This document shows, piece by piece, positions 26,550 through 35,978 of a DNA stretch of 64,000 nucleotides (position 1 is its first letter; every line of letters begins with the position of its first letter). The stretch is from the NCBI GenBank assembly GCA_043826455.1, contig JBDRQD010000048.1:128001-192000 (forward strand), read 5' to 3'. Under the pieces are notes generated by a model. That model worked only from the letters and a program-made list of their open reading frames with translations, was not told the origin of the DNA and made no database searches. The stretch comes from Candidatus Bathyarchaeota archaeon. Lineage in GTDB: Archaea; Thermoproteota; Bathyarchaeia; TCS64. The position numbers were made by a program, and so were the translations under genes.

Positions 26550-28177
26550 GCCTTCTCCCACTTGTACTCCATGACTCTTCGGTGGGCCTCCACGTACTCC
26601 TCGCGGCCGAACCCGTTGAGGACCCTCATCCTGAGGAGCCTGTCCACGGCCAGCTGCTTCAGCTGGGCCTCGTCCTGGTACAGGCCCCTGTAGGCGTTGT
26701 ACTCCTTGGCGAACTTGAGGAGGTTCCTGACGCTGACGGGGGCCAGGTACCTCATCTTGCACGCCTCCTGCCTCACCCACGTGGCCAGGTTGAAGACGTG
26801 CTCGGGGAGGGCGTACCTGGCCAGGAGGGCCTGGATGTTCTCCACGGGGGTCTTACACCAGACCACGTGTTTGCCGAACCGGTCAAGGAAGGCCGGGTTG
26901 GGTGCCTCCATAGTGTGGCTGTCCAGGGTGGCCGCCGCCACCACGCTGAACTCCTCGGGCAGAGTGACGCTGGCTCCGTCCACCGGGTTGGTGAAGGTCT
27001 TGTTGTTCATGGCCTCCAGGAGTAGTGCCTGAGCCGCGGGCCTCAGCTCAGAGACGTTGTCCAGGTACAGCATGGGGGACTCGCCCTGCTTCACCTGCAC
27101 GAGTGCGCCGCTGTGCACCGGGGCCTGCCCGGCCTGGGCGCCTGGGTTGAACCCGGCCACCAGCTCCCTCTCAGTGGTCTCCTCGCTGCACTGGAGGTAG
27201 ACCCCGCCCAGCGCACGCTTAAACTGGAGGAGGGTCTCCGTCTTGCCCTCCCCGTCGGGCCCCAGGATGAGGACGTTGTCGTGGAGCCTGACGGCTCTGA
27301 GGATGCGCTTGAGTTCGTCGTCGTGGCCCTTGACGTACCTGGTCACCTCCTTGAGGGCCTCGTCCTTCTCCACCTTGGCCTCGGGCTCCCCGGGCTCGGG
27401 TGCCTCAGCTAGCTCCGCCTCTATGGGCTCCGGCTCAAGCTGCCAGTCCACGCTGTTCTCGAAGATGCCCAGCAGGTCCTCCAGGTCGCCCCCTATGATG
27501 TCCCTCATCTCCGCGGGCATCACGCCGGCGGCCACCAGCCCGGGCAGCCGGACGCTGTAGCTGTGGAGCCTGCTCCTTATGTGGCTGAGCTTGGCGTCGT
27601 CCTCCTCGGTGCCGCCGCCTAGGCCCAGCTCGTTCCTCTTGGCTCTCAGCCTGTTTATCGTTCTCTGTACCTTGTCTATGACGCCTCGGAGCCTGTCGAA
27701 CTCGGCCATGAACTCCTGGGTGCTCAGCTCTCCCCTTGCCCTCTGCTCCTGTCTCTCCTCCAGCTGCCGCCTGGTCTCTAGGAGCGTCTCGTGGGCCTCG
27801 GCTACCTCGTCCCCGATGTCGGCGTACTGCTGGGTGAGTTCCACGGTCTTGTCCATGTACTGGCTGTAGAGCTCTGTGAAGACCTCCCCCATTATCTCGC
27901 CTCGCTCCGCCTTCTCTAGGAGCTTCACCCTCCACAGCATGTAGGCGGCCAGCCTGCCCTCCGGTTTCTCCTCTGGGCTGAGCTCGGTGACGGTGGTTAC
28001 CAGTTCCTCCTTGGCTTTCTCTTCGTTCTCCTGGCGTCTGATGGTTTCGCCGACGGCTTGGAAGGGGTTTTGGGGGGCTTGGGGTGGTAGTCTGCTGCCG
28101 CAGTTGATGCAGGCGGGGCTCCAGGGTACGACGGCCTCGCAGCTGGGGCATTTGACGTGGCTGTCGGGGAAGGTCAA
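26546..28177 (-). CDS. Zinc ribbon + coiled coil + MoxR-like AAA+ ATPase
   Basis: CPSC..CINC; long heptad region; VKGHD..., NVLILGPDGEGKT, LYLDNV, AFLDRF, SVR; TTG start inferred. Confidence 0.75.
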   Translation of the reverse strand: MTFPDSHVKCPSCEAVVPWSPACINCGSRLPPQAPQNPFQAVGETIRRQENEEKAKEELVTTVTELSPEEKPEGRLAAYMLWRVKLLEKAERGEIMGEVFTELYSQYMDKTVELTQQYADIGDEVAEAHETLLETRRQLEERQEQRARGELSTQEFMAEFDRLRGVIDKVQRTINRLRAKRNELGLGGGTEEDDAKLSHIRSRLHSYSVRLPGLVAAGVMPAEMRDIIGGDLEDLLGIFENSVDWQLEPEPIEAELAEAPEPGEPEAKVEKDEALKEVTRYVKGHDDELKRILRAVRLHDNVLILGPDGEGKTETLLQFKRALGGVYLQCSEETTERELVAGFNPGAQAGQAPVHSGALVQVKQGESPMLYLDNVSELRPAAQALLLEAMNNKTFTNPVDGASVTLPEEFSVVAAATLDSHTMEAPNPAFLDRFGKHVVWCKTPVENIQALLARYALPEHVFNLATWVRQEACKMRYLAPVSVRNLLKFAKEYNAYRGLYQDEAQLKQLAVDRLLRMRVLNGFGREEYVEAHRRVMEYKWEKA

Positions 28178-28550
28178 CCTTGTTCGGTGTGGGCGTCGCG
28201 GTTCGTAGCTATATATTTTCGAGATCGGTGATCCATATGTGTGGGTGTGTGTGCGCGTGGGGGGGAGGGGGAGGGTCCCGTCGCCGCCACCACTTTTCCC
28301 TGTTTTCGGGTTTATTTTCGGGTTCAGAGGCTTTTTTGGGGTTGTTTTGGCGGTGGTGGATGGTGGCGGTGGTCGTCGTCGAGCCACCGTGGGGTGGGGG
28401 GTGTCTGTGTGGTTTGGATGGTTTCGTCGGGTGACGTTTTCGGGGGGTGAGCCGGCTCTCCCTGTTTTCGTGGGCTCTGCGTGGGGGTTGGGTTGGCGGT
28501 GGTTGGGGGAGTAAGAATTATATCAGGCGTATCGTGTAGTGGTTGTGCGT

Positions 28551-28624
28551 GCGACCGTAGTCTAGAGGTATGATTTCTGCCTGCCACGCAGAGGGCCCGG
28601 GTTCGAGTCCCGGCGGTCGCACCA
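28551..28624 (+). tRNA. tRNA-Gly(GCC), CCA encoded, no intron
   Basis: Acceptor GCGACCG/CGGTCGC, anticodon arm TCTGC-CT-GCC-AC-GCAGA, T-arm CCGGG-TTCGAGT-CCCGG, 3' ACCA. Confidence 0.96.
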
Positions 28625-28759
28625 GTTATGATTTGTTCCTGTGCGTCTCGCTTCAACTTATTTGGTGTTTTCAGAGTCATTATGTGGTACCCCCCGGTAT
28701 TTTCATCTGCGGACGCCGAGGAGGCGTGCTATTAATACGCCCCAAGCCTACTCACCTGT

Positions 28760-29929
28760 ATGTTTGACCCATACGAGAAGTACGGGCTGAGACGCGTGGT
28801 GAACGCCGCCACCTGCCTCACCCGTCTCGGCGGCTCGGCCCCCCACCCCAGGGTCATGGAGGCCATGGCCGAGGTGTCCCGGGCCTTCATCCAGATACCC
28901 GTGCTCCAGAAGTGGGCCGGCGACGAGATAGCCAAGGCGACGGGGGCCGAGGCGGGGCTCCCCACCGCGGGGGCGGTGAACGGCATCATGCTGGCCTGCG
29001 CGGCCTGCACCATGAAGGGCACGGAGCTGGAGGGCTACGACCCCCTGGGGCCTGAGACTTGGAGCCACCTGGGCGGCAGGCTGCCCCTGGACACGGGGGG
29101 CCTCAGGACCGAGTTCGTAGCCCAGAGGGTGAACCGGTATAGCTACGATTTCGCTGTCGCCTCCGCTGGTGGCAGGATCGTGGAGACGGAGGCAACCGCC
29201 GAGGCTCTGGACTCGGCCTACGACCCGGATAGGACCGCGGCCTACTACTACACGGTGCGTGGAGGCAGAGGCGTCCCCGTGGACACGGTCATCGAGGTGG
29301 CCCACCGTCACGGCGTCCCCGTCATCGTGGACGCGGCCCCCGACCTCCGGCCTAAGAGCATCCTCACCTACTACACGGGGAAGGGGGCGGACCTGGTGGT
29401 GTTCAGCGGCGGAAAGCACCTGGGCGGCCCCAACAACTCAGGCATCCTCGCAGGCCGAGCCGACCTCATCAAGCTGGCTCACCTCCAGGCGTACCCCTTC
29501 GACGGCATTGGCAGGGCGGCCAAGATGAGCAAGGAGGCCATCGTGGGCCTGGTGGAGGCCCTGTGGCTGTACCTGGAGAGGGACGACGAGGCCTGCTTCA
29601 AGCGCTACGAGGATGGGTGCAGGGAGATCGCTGACAGGCTCAACAAGATACCCGGCGTGGAGGCCGGGGTCACCTACGAGTACACCATCGACGAGGGCCT
29701 GCCCATGACGCCCCTGGCGTACCTGAGCTTGAACGAGGCGGAAACAGGGGTAACTCTGCGCAGGCTCCACGGGGAGCTGAGACGCGGCGACCCCGTGGTG
29801 GAGACCCTGCTGGAGCCCGCGTTCCTCATCCCCGACTACAGGGGCAGGATCACCATAAACCCTGAGTACATGCTGGAGGGAGACGACGAGGTGCTTCTCA
29901 GGCGGGCGAAGGAGATACTCGGAGCCTAG
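28760..29929 (+). CDS. SelA-like PLP enzyme (DgaE-like)
   Basis: RRVVNAA...T.LGGS, VDAA, FSGGKHLGGP..SG, GIGR..K.SKE.IVGL. Confidence 0.8.
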   Translation: MFDPYEKYGLRRVVNAATCLTRLGGSAPHPRVMEAMAEVSRAFIQIPVLQKWAGDEIAKATGAEAGLPTAGAVNGIMLACAACTMKGTELEGYDPLGPETWSHLGGRLPLDTGGLRTEFVAQRVNRYSYDFAVASAGGRIVETEATAEALDSAYDPDRTAAYYYTVRGGRGVPVDTVIEVAHRHGVPVIVDAAPDLRPKSILTYYTGKGADLVVFSGGKHLGGPNNSGILAGRADLIKLAHLQAYPFDGIGRAAKMSKEAIVGLVEALWLYLERDDEACFKRYEDGCREIADRLNKIPGVEAGVTYEYTIDEGLPMTPLAYLSLNEAETGVTLRRLHGELRRGDPVVETLLEPAFLIPDYRGRITINPEYMLEGDDEVLLRRAKEILGA

Positions 29930-30579
29930 CCTCCGAGCAGCTGAAGGAGCTCCCTGAACTCATCGATGATATAGTCGGGTTTCACCGTCTCCAGGCGCTC
30001 CCTACTGTGGGTGCCCGTGGTGATCCCTATGGTTTTGACGCCGGCACCGATGCCCGCCGTGAGGCCCACGGTGGTGTCGTCCACGAAGATGGCCCTCTCT
30101 CTGGGTACGCCAAGCCTCTCCAGAGTGAGGTTGATCATGTCGGGGGCCGGCTTGGGGTTGGGCACATCCATGAAGCCCACCAGCAGGTTGAAACTGTCCC
30201 GCACGCCCAGCAGCGTGAGGATGCGGTCCGCCTCGGTGTTGGTCTTGTTGGTGGCCAGGCTCTGCATGTAGCCCCGGGCCTTCAGGGTCTCCAGGGTCTC
30301 AGCCACATCTGGCAGCAGCCTCGTGTGCTCTATGTCCTGCTCCTGGAAGTGGGCGATGTACCTGTCCCGCAGCCTCCACACGTCTGGGCGATGCTCCTCC
30401 GGCAGCAGCTCCCTCAAAATTTCTATGAGGCTGTACCCGATGCGGCTCACCACTTCCTCCGGGTTCAGGGGCTCACCTATCTCCCTGAAGGTGAGCCTGA
30501 AGCTGTTCACTATGGCCTGGGTCGCGTCTATGAGCACCCCGTCCAGGTCGTAGATGACCAGGTCCACGCCCTCAAGCAT
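29926..30579 (-). CDS. HAD phosphatase (Gph-like)
   Basis: YDLDGVLID, ATNK, KPAPD, FVDD. Confidence 0.88.
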   Translation of the reverse strand: MLEGVDLVIYDLDGVLIDATQAIVNSFRLTFREIGEPLNPEEVVSRIGYSLIEILRELLPEEHRPDVWRLRDRYIAHFQEQDIEHTRLLPDVAETLETLKARGYMQSLATNKTNTEADRILTLLGVRDSFNLLVGFMDVPNPKPAPDMINLTLERLGVPRERAIFVDDTTVGLTAGIGAGVKTIGITTGTHSRERLETVKPDYIIDEFRELLQLLGG

Positions 30580-30639
30580 GCCTCTAGGGGCGCGTCGGCC
30601 CCTTAAACCAGTTGTGAAGAAAAGGGGCCAGGGGCTGAG

Positions 30640-31776
30640 CTACTTGCCCTTGGGGAGATTGTAGAGGACCCTGGCCCTGGCCCTATCCAGCTCCCTGATG
30701 GTGGCCCCCAAGTCCATCTTGGCGGGCTCTCCCAGCCTGCTCCTGATGTAGCTGAGGCTCACTATCTGCTGGTTGAAGTTGATGGTCATCTCGGGGCTCA
30801 GGTAAGTGATCTCCGCGCTGCCGAAGCTGTCCGGGAACAGTGTCCTGTAGTTCTCCTCCCACCTGATGTGGTCGTCCAGGCCGCTGTGGTTCCCGAATAT
30901 CAGCATGTTGTACTTCTCGTGGATGGTCTGGATGGCTATGGGTATGCTGGGGTCTATGATGATCTCGTTGAGTATCCTCTCGTCCAGCCTCCTAAACTGG
31001 ACAAGCATGTAGGTGAGCAGGTAGTTGGGGGGTACGAAGAAGTTGGGGAACCTGCACACGGGCATCGCCAGCAGCCTCTCCTGCACCAGGAGGTCGATGC
31101 GCTTCTCCACGGTCTTCCTGTGGAGGCCCGTCCTCTCGCACAGGAGAGTGTGGTTGGTCTTGACGCCCTTGCCGTTCACCAGGCACCTGATGATGTCCAG
31201 GTCCAGCTCGTCAAGGTCGTAGCCCCGCAGCTTCACAGACCCATTCCTGTTGTAGTCCTGCTCTATGAGGTTGATGCCCGTGCTGGGGTTGTACTTGATC
31301 ATGAGCTGGTTGCTGAAGTAGGCCGTGCTGGACTTGAAGTGAGAGTACTCCTCGTCCACCCCGTAGCTGATCTCCAGGATGCTGGGGATGCTGCTCATCC
31401 ACAGCTGGTAGTTGGTGATGTTCTCATGGTAAGTGAAGAGCAGAGTGTCGTACTCCCCCTGCCGGGACCTGAAGGCCGCGAATATCTGGGGGTCCTCGGT
31501 GATCCACTTGATGATGCCCTTGGTGCAGTCCTTGCAGTCAGGGATGTCCACCTTGATGATGGCCAGGACGGGGTAGACCCTGTAGAGGCCGTGGAAGGGG
31601 TAGATGGGGGGGTCCAGGATGTTGTGCCTGAAGATGGTCTCCACCTTGTTCTTGATGGTGTTCCTGTGCTTGCCCAGAATCCTGGAGAGCTCGCTGATGT
31701 TGACACTCACGGCGTTCCCGGACACCAGCTCCTCCAGGAGCTTCAGGTTATCCACGTCGTCTAGCAGCGGTGACAT
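30640..31776 (-). CDS. Internally duplicated Lrp/AsnC-like regulator
   Basis: Two HTH repeats (LD.VD.../GKHRNTI and LDELD.../GLHRKTV), each followed by a beta/alpha RAM-like domain; divergent to the ech operon. Confidence 0.65.
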   Translation of the reverse strand: MSPLLDDVDNLKLLEELVSGNAVSVNISELSRILGKHRNTIKNKVETIFRHNILDPPIYPFHGLYRVYPVLAIIKVDIPDCKDCTKGIIKWITEDPQIFAAFRSRQGEYDTLLFTYHENITNYQLWMSSIPSILEISYGVDEEYSHFKSSTAYFSNQLMIKYNPSTGINLIEQDYNRNGSVKLRGYDLDELDLDIIRCLVNGKGVKTNHTLLCERTGLHRKTVEKRIDLLVQERLLAMPVCRFPNFFVPPNYLLTYMLVQFRRLDERILNEIIIDPSIPIAIQTIHEKYNMLIFGNHSGLDDHIRWEENYRTLFPDSFGSAEITYLSPEMTINFNQQIVSLSYIRSRLGEPAKMDLGATIRELDRARARVLYNLPKGK

Positions 31777-32002
31777 CTTATCCCCTCCCCTGTGGCACTA
31801 ACTTATACTTTCCCGCCTAATAATTACCATAGTTGGATGATTTCCGAGGGGGGAAAGGTTAACATTTACCCCGTGCGAGCATCTAAACATTTACCATCCC
31901 AACACATACGCTATAGCATTTTTTAACATTTTCGATGCCCACCGTGTAAACCCGGTTTATATCAGACACCCATATAGTATCACCCAGGTGAAGGAGGAAG
32001 GC

Positions 32003-32380
32003 ATGAAAATGGTAGTAAAGGAAAAAGAGGAGCTCGTCTTCTTCGGGCCCGGCCTGAGCACACAGGAGATGGACGTGGAGTTCAAGAAACTCTACGACAG
32101 CCTCATCACGTACAAGGTCAACATCTTCCACCTAGTGGACACCGTCTGCAAGGACTGCGAAGCTGGAGATCGCCTAGCCATGAACATCGCCGAGCGGGAC
32201 AGCGCCCTGCTGCAGAGGCTGGTGGCAAAGGAGTGTGAGCAGAGACGGATGCTGAGGAAGGCCCAGAAGGAGAGCGTCCTGGATCAGCTGCGCGGAAAGG
32301 CCCAGGCGGCCGCTTCCGTGGGCCAGGTCCTTGACGCGAGAGACGAGTCTCTTAAGAATCCGAGTGTGTATAGGAAGTAG
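32003..32380 (+). CDS. Hypothetical protein (CxxC), first gene of the hydrogenase operon
   Basis: GGAGG SD; VCKDCE; host-like codon usage. Confidence 0.65.
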   Translation: MKMVVKEKEELVFFGPGLSTQEMDVEFKKLYDSLITYKVNIFHLVDTVCKDCEAGDRLAMNIAERDSALLQRLVAKECEQRRMLRKAQKESVLDQLRGKAQAAASVGQVLDARDESLKNPSVYRK

Positions 32381-32388
32381 ATGAAGGG

Positions 32389-32712
32389 ATGCAGGAAATC
32401 ACCGTTAAACAGGTTCAGGACATAGTCCTTGAGACCCAGGCGGACAAGACCCTCCGGAACATGTTCATCCACAAGAGCCCGTGCGCCGGGAGCAGCGTGG
32501 GTGCGGTGTTCTTCGCCATAAGCGGGACGCCGCCAAGGGGATACGCCATGTTCCTGCCGGAGGGAGGGAAGGACACGGGCACCCTACACGTCTTCGACCA
32601 TCTGGGCCTGAAGAGGAAGATCCTGCACTGCAAGATCACCGACCTGGTGAACTACAGGGACAACGACGTCTGGGACGTACAGGCGGCCCAGGTAGCCGTC
32701 GAGGCAAGGTAA
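32389..32712 (+). CDS. Hypothetical protein
   Basis: 107-aa ORF co-oriented and tightly spaced with the ech genes. Confidence 0.65.
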   Translation: MQEITVKQVQDIVLETQADKTLRNMFIHKSPCAGSSVGAVFFAISGTPPRGYAMFLPEGGKDTGTLHVFDHLGLKRKILHCKITDLVNYRDNDVWDVQAAQVAVEAR

Positions 32713-32758
32713 GACCAGTGGTAGTCGACGCCACTATAAAACCCCCGGGGAATAACGG

Positions 32759-34675
32759 TTGAATCCTCAGACCCTCATCGCGGTGAACGTAGGGCTGCCC
32801 GCTGTGGCGGCCCTAGCGTCGCTGATGCTGAACGATAAACGGATACGTACCGGCATCGTTTCCCTAACCTCAATAGTTTTGATTGTTTCATCCATCCTCC
32901 TCTACATGGGGGGTGGAGTGATGTTCTCGCCGGCCCCCGTCATCGAGACGGCGGTCCTGGCGCTGGACTTCGCCTTGTTAGGCTACTTCCTCTTCGTGGG
33001 TTACAGGTCGCGGAGCCCCCTGGTGCTGGGCTTGGCCCTGCTCCAGCTTGTGCCCGTGGCCTACTTCGAGTTCATCTTGAAGGGCGCCCACGTGGAGCAC
33101 GTAATCGCCGTGGACGGCCTGTCCACGCTGCTTACGCTCATAATCAACATAGTTGGCAGCGTCGTCTGCATATACGCCCTGGGCTACATGGAGGAGCACG
33201 AGCGCCACCTGCACCTGGACCGGAGCAGGCAGGGCAGGTTCTTCTTCTACCTGGTGCTGCTGCTTGGCGCCATGAATGGCCTCGTCTACAGTAACAGCCT
33301 CTACTGGCTCTACTTCTTCTGGGAGGTGACCACCCTGTGCTGCTACGAGCTCATCAGGCACGACGGCACGGAGGAGGCGGAGAGGAACGCCGTCACGGCC
33401 CTATGGATGGGCCTCGTCGGAGGCGTCGGATTCGTGGCAGCCATGTTCGTGGGCTACGGCGCGGTGCACAGCATCTCCCTCACGGAGATGATGGCCGCCC
33501 CGAGCAGCCAGCTCCTGCTCATAGGCTTCGCCTTGATGGCGCTGGCCGCGTTCACAAAGTCGGCCCAGTTCCCGTTCCACGGCTGGCTCCTGGGGGCCAT
33601 GGTGGCCCCGACGCCGGTCTCGGCGCTGCTCCACAGTAGCACCATGGTGAACGCGGGCGTCTACATGCTGCTTCGGATAGCCCCCGCCATAAAGGGGACC
33701 TCGCTGTCCTACGTGATTGCTCTGGGCGGCGCGGTCACCTTCGTGGTGACCAGCTTCCTTGCCATAAGGCAGAGCGTCTCCAAGAGGGTGCTGGCCTACA
33801 GCACCATAGGTAACCTAGGCCTCATCATCTTGTGCATCGGCCTCAACACCGGGCTCAGCTACACCGCCGCGTTGACGCTGCTGTTCTTCCACAGCGTCGC
33901 CAAGGGCCTCCTCTTCATGGGGGCCGGCGTCGTGGAGAACAAGATAGGCAGCAGGAACATCGAGGACTGGGAGGGGCTGCTCGGCAGGATGCCGGTCACA
34001 AGCATGGTGATGATCATTGGCATGGTCAGCATGTTCCTGCCACCCTTCGGCATGCTCATAGGCAAGTGGGTGGCCGTGGACGCGGTGGCCTCGACGCCCC
34101 TCATCGTCGGGCTGCCACTGGTGGTGCTGGTGGTCCTGGGGAGCGCGGCCACCACCTTCTACTACGCCAAGTGGCTGGGCTTCCTAACGGTACTCCCCAA
34201 CAGCCTCGAGAAGAGGAAGGCGGAGAACCTTGAGACACCCTACAAGCTCTCGCTTTACACGCTGCTGGGCCTCAACATACTGGTGAGCATCGGCGCAGCC
34301 TTGGTGGTGGACGACATAGTCAACCCCATACTGGTGGCGGCCTACCCGCAGGCGGTGACCACGCCCGGCTACATGATAGACCTGGGCTTCACAGCCTTCC
34401 CGGTGTGGCCCCTCTGGGCCGCCGTCCTGGCCGTCGTGCTGATAGGCTCAACGGTGGCCAGGAGCAAGGGAGGCGTCCTCTCGCCGCCCTACCTGGGAGG
34501 GGAGAACGTGGCCGGCAAGCCCGTGACCTTCAGGACCACGGCCGACTCGGAGGTTGCCGTCGAGGTCTCGGGGGTCTACCTGGCCTCCCAGATTGACGAG
34601 GGCAGGGTCGACAGGCTGGCGGTGGGGGCGGGTATCCTTATAATGGCCCTTCTGTTTCTGGTGGTGATTGTCTGA
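32759..34675 (+). CDS. echA: Ech hydrogenase antiporter-like subunit (EchA/NuoL family)
   Basis: FFWEVTT, KSAQFPFHGWL..AMVAPTPVSALLHSSTMV, LAYST. Confidence 0.88.
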   Translation: MNPQTLIAVNVGLPAVAALASLMLNDKRIRTGIVSLTSIVLIVSSILLYMGGGVMFSPAPVIETAVLALDFALLGYFLFVGYRSRSPLVLGLALLQLVPVAYFEFILKGAHVEHVIAVDGLSTLLTLIINIVGSVVCIYALGYMEEHERHLHLDRSRQGRFFFYLVLLLGAMNGLVYSNSLYWLYFFWEVTTLCCYELIRHDGTEEAERNAVTALWMGLVGGVGFVAAMFVGYGAVHSISLTEMMAAPSSQLLLIGFALMALAAFTKSAQFPFHGWLLGAMVAPTPVSALLHSSTMVNAGVYMLLRIAPAIKGTSLSYVIALGGAVTFVVTSFLAIRQSVSKRVLAYSTIGNLGLIILCIGLNTGLSYTAALTLLFFHSVAKGLLFMGAGVVENKIGSRNIEDWEGLLGRMPVTSMVMIIGMVSMFLPPFGMLIGKWVAVDAVASTPLIVGLPLVVLVVLGSAATTFYYAKWLGFLTVLPNSLEKRKAENLETPYKLSLYTLLGLNILVSIGAALVVDDIVNPILVAAYPQAVTTPGYMIDLGFTAFPVWPLWAAVLAVVLIGSTVARSKGGVLSPPYLGGENVAGKPVTFRTTADSEVAVEVSGVYLASQIDEGRVDRLAVGAGILIMALLFLVVIV

Positions 34676-35538
34676 TGGATGCAGCCTCAACCCTCATCAG
34701 CCTCGCACTAGCCCTGGCCGCCCCCCTCATGGGGGGAGTCCTCTCAGGGATCGACAGGAAGCTGACGGCCCGCATGCAGGAGCGTGTGGGGCCGCCGCTC
34801 CTCCAGCCCTTCTACGACGTCATCAAGCTGTGGGCCAAGCAGCCCATGATCGCGAGCAGCCTGCAGCCGGTGCTGGCCTTCGGTTACCTGGGCTTCGCCC
34901 TGGTGGCGGCCGGCATGGTGACCTTCAGGCAGGACCTGCTGCTGGTGCTATTCGTCACCGCCCTGGCCGACATCTGCCTCACCGTTGCGGCCCTCAACGC
35001 CAAGAGCCCCTACAGCTACCTGGGCGCCCGCCGCGAGTTCCTCAGCATGCTGAGCTACGAGCCGGTGATGCTCCTGGCATACGTGGCCATATTCCTGGTG
35101 ACGGGCAGCTTCACGGTCCAGGGGGTCCTGGACTACGGCCGGCCCCTGCTGCTGGTACTGCCTGCGGCCCTGGTGGCGCTGCAGCTGGTGCTGGTGGTGG
35201 AGATGAAGAAGAGCCCCTTCGATGTGAGCGGAAGCGGCCACGCCCACCAGGAACTGGTTCGGGGCGTATACACGGAGCTGAGCGGCTACACCATGGCCCT
35301 GGTTGAGGTGGGCCACTGGGCCAAGGTGGCCACAACCCTCATGATCCTCAGCCTCTTCTGGGCACCCAACCCGGTGATAGGAGCGGCCATCAGCCTGGCC
35401 ATGTTCTTCGTAACCCTAGTGGTGGACAACGTCTACCCCCGGCTCACCTGGCAGCGGATGCTCAAGACCACCTGGGCCCTGGGCTTCACGCTGATAGTGC
35501 TCAACATAGCGGCCCTGGCCGCCGGAGGCGTCATCTAG
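34675..35538 (+). CDS. echB: Ech membrane subunit (EchB/NuoH family)
   Basis: GIDRKLTARMQ.RVGPPLLQPFYD..KL, SPFD, HQELV.G..TE.SG. Confidence 0.88.
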   Translation: MDAASTLISLALALAAPLMGGVLSGIDRKLTARMQERVGPPLLQPFYDVIKLWAKQPMIASSLQPVLAFGYLGFALVAAGMVTFRQDLLLVLFVTALADICLTVAALNAKSPYSYLGARREFLSMLSYEPVMLLAYVAIFLVTGSFTVQGVLDYGRPLLLVLPAALVALQLVLVVEMKKSPFDVSGSGHAHQELVRGVYTELSGYTMALVEVGHWAKVATTLMILSLFWAPNPVIGAAISLAMFFVTLVVDNVYPRLTWQRMLKTTWALGFTLIVLNIAALAAGGVI

Positions 35539-35978
35539 TGTCGCTGATACAGAAGGCCCGGCTCAAGAGCCTCTGGCTGCTCCACTACGACTGCGGCAGC
35601 TGCAACGGCTGCGACATAGAGGTCCTGGCCGCACTGACACCCAAGTTCGACGCCGAGCGCTTCGGCATCATCAACATAGGCGACCCCAAGCAGGCCGACG
35701 TCCTCGTCGTCACGGGCCCAGCCAACAGGCGCAACCAGAGGGTCCTCAGAAACCTGTACGAGCAGATGCCTGAGCCCAAGCTGGTGATAGCCGTAGGCAC
35801 CTGCGCAGCCACGGGCGGAGTCTTCCACAACTGCCCCAACGTGCTGGGCGGCGTGGACAAGGTGATCCCGGTGGACGTCTACGTACCCGGGTGCGCCGTG
35901 CGCCCCGAGCAGATAATAGACGCCGTGGTGCTGGCCCTGGACAAGCTGGCCGGCAAGGCGCCCAAGGAGGAAGAGTGA
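35538..35978 (+). CDS. echC: Ech small subunit (EchC/NuoB family)
   Basis: SCNGCDIE, G.CA..GG, VDVYVPGC..RPE. Confidence 0.9.
   Translation: MSLIQKARLKSLWLLHYDCGSCNGCDIEVLAALTPKFDAERFGIINIGDPKQADVLVVTGPANRRNQRVLRNLYEQMPEPKLVIAVGTCAATGGVFHNCPNVLGGVDKVIPVDVYVPGCAVRPEQIIDAVVLALDKLAGKAPKEEE

Noticed and set aside
28178..28387. Pro/Thr/Lys-rich N-terminal extension of the AAA+ ORF given by the ORF track
   Set aside because: It is just the stop-free reverse complement of the low-complexity tract; the TTG at 28177 before the zinc ribbon is a more plausible start.
28551..28700. Integrated element at tRNA-Gly
   Set aside because: I found no duplicate of the tRNA 3' end and no integrase in the window.
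28760..29929. Selenocysteine synthase / Sec system next to a tRNA
   Set aside because: The tRNA is Gly(GCC), no selB/selD is in the window, and archaea use PSTK/SepSecS. The protein fits stand-alone SelA-like (DgaE-type) enzymes.
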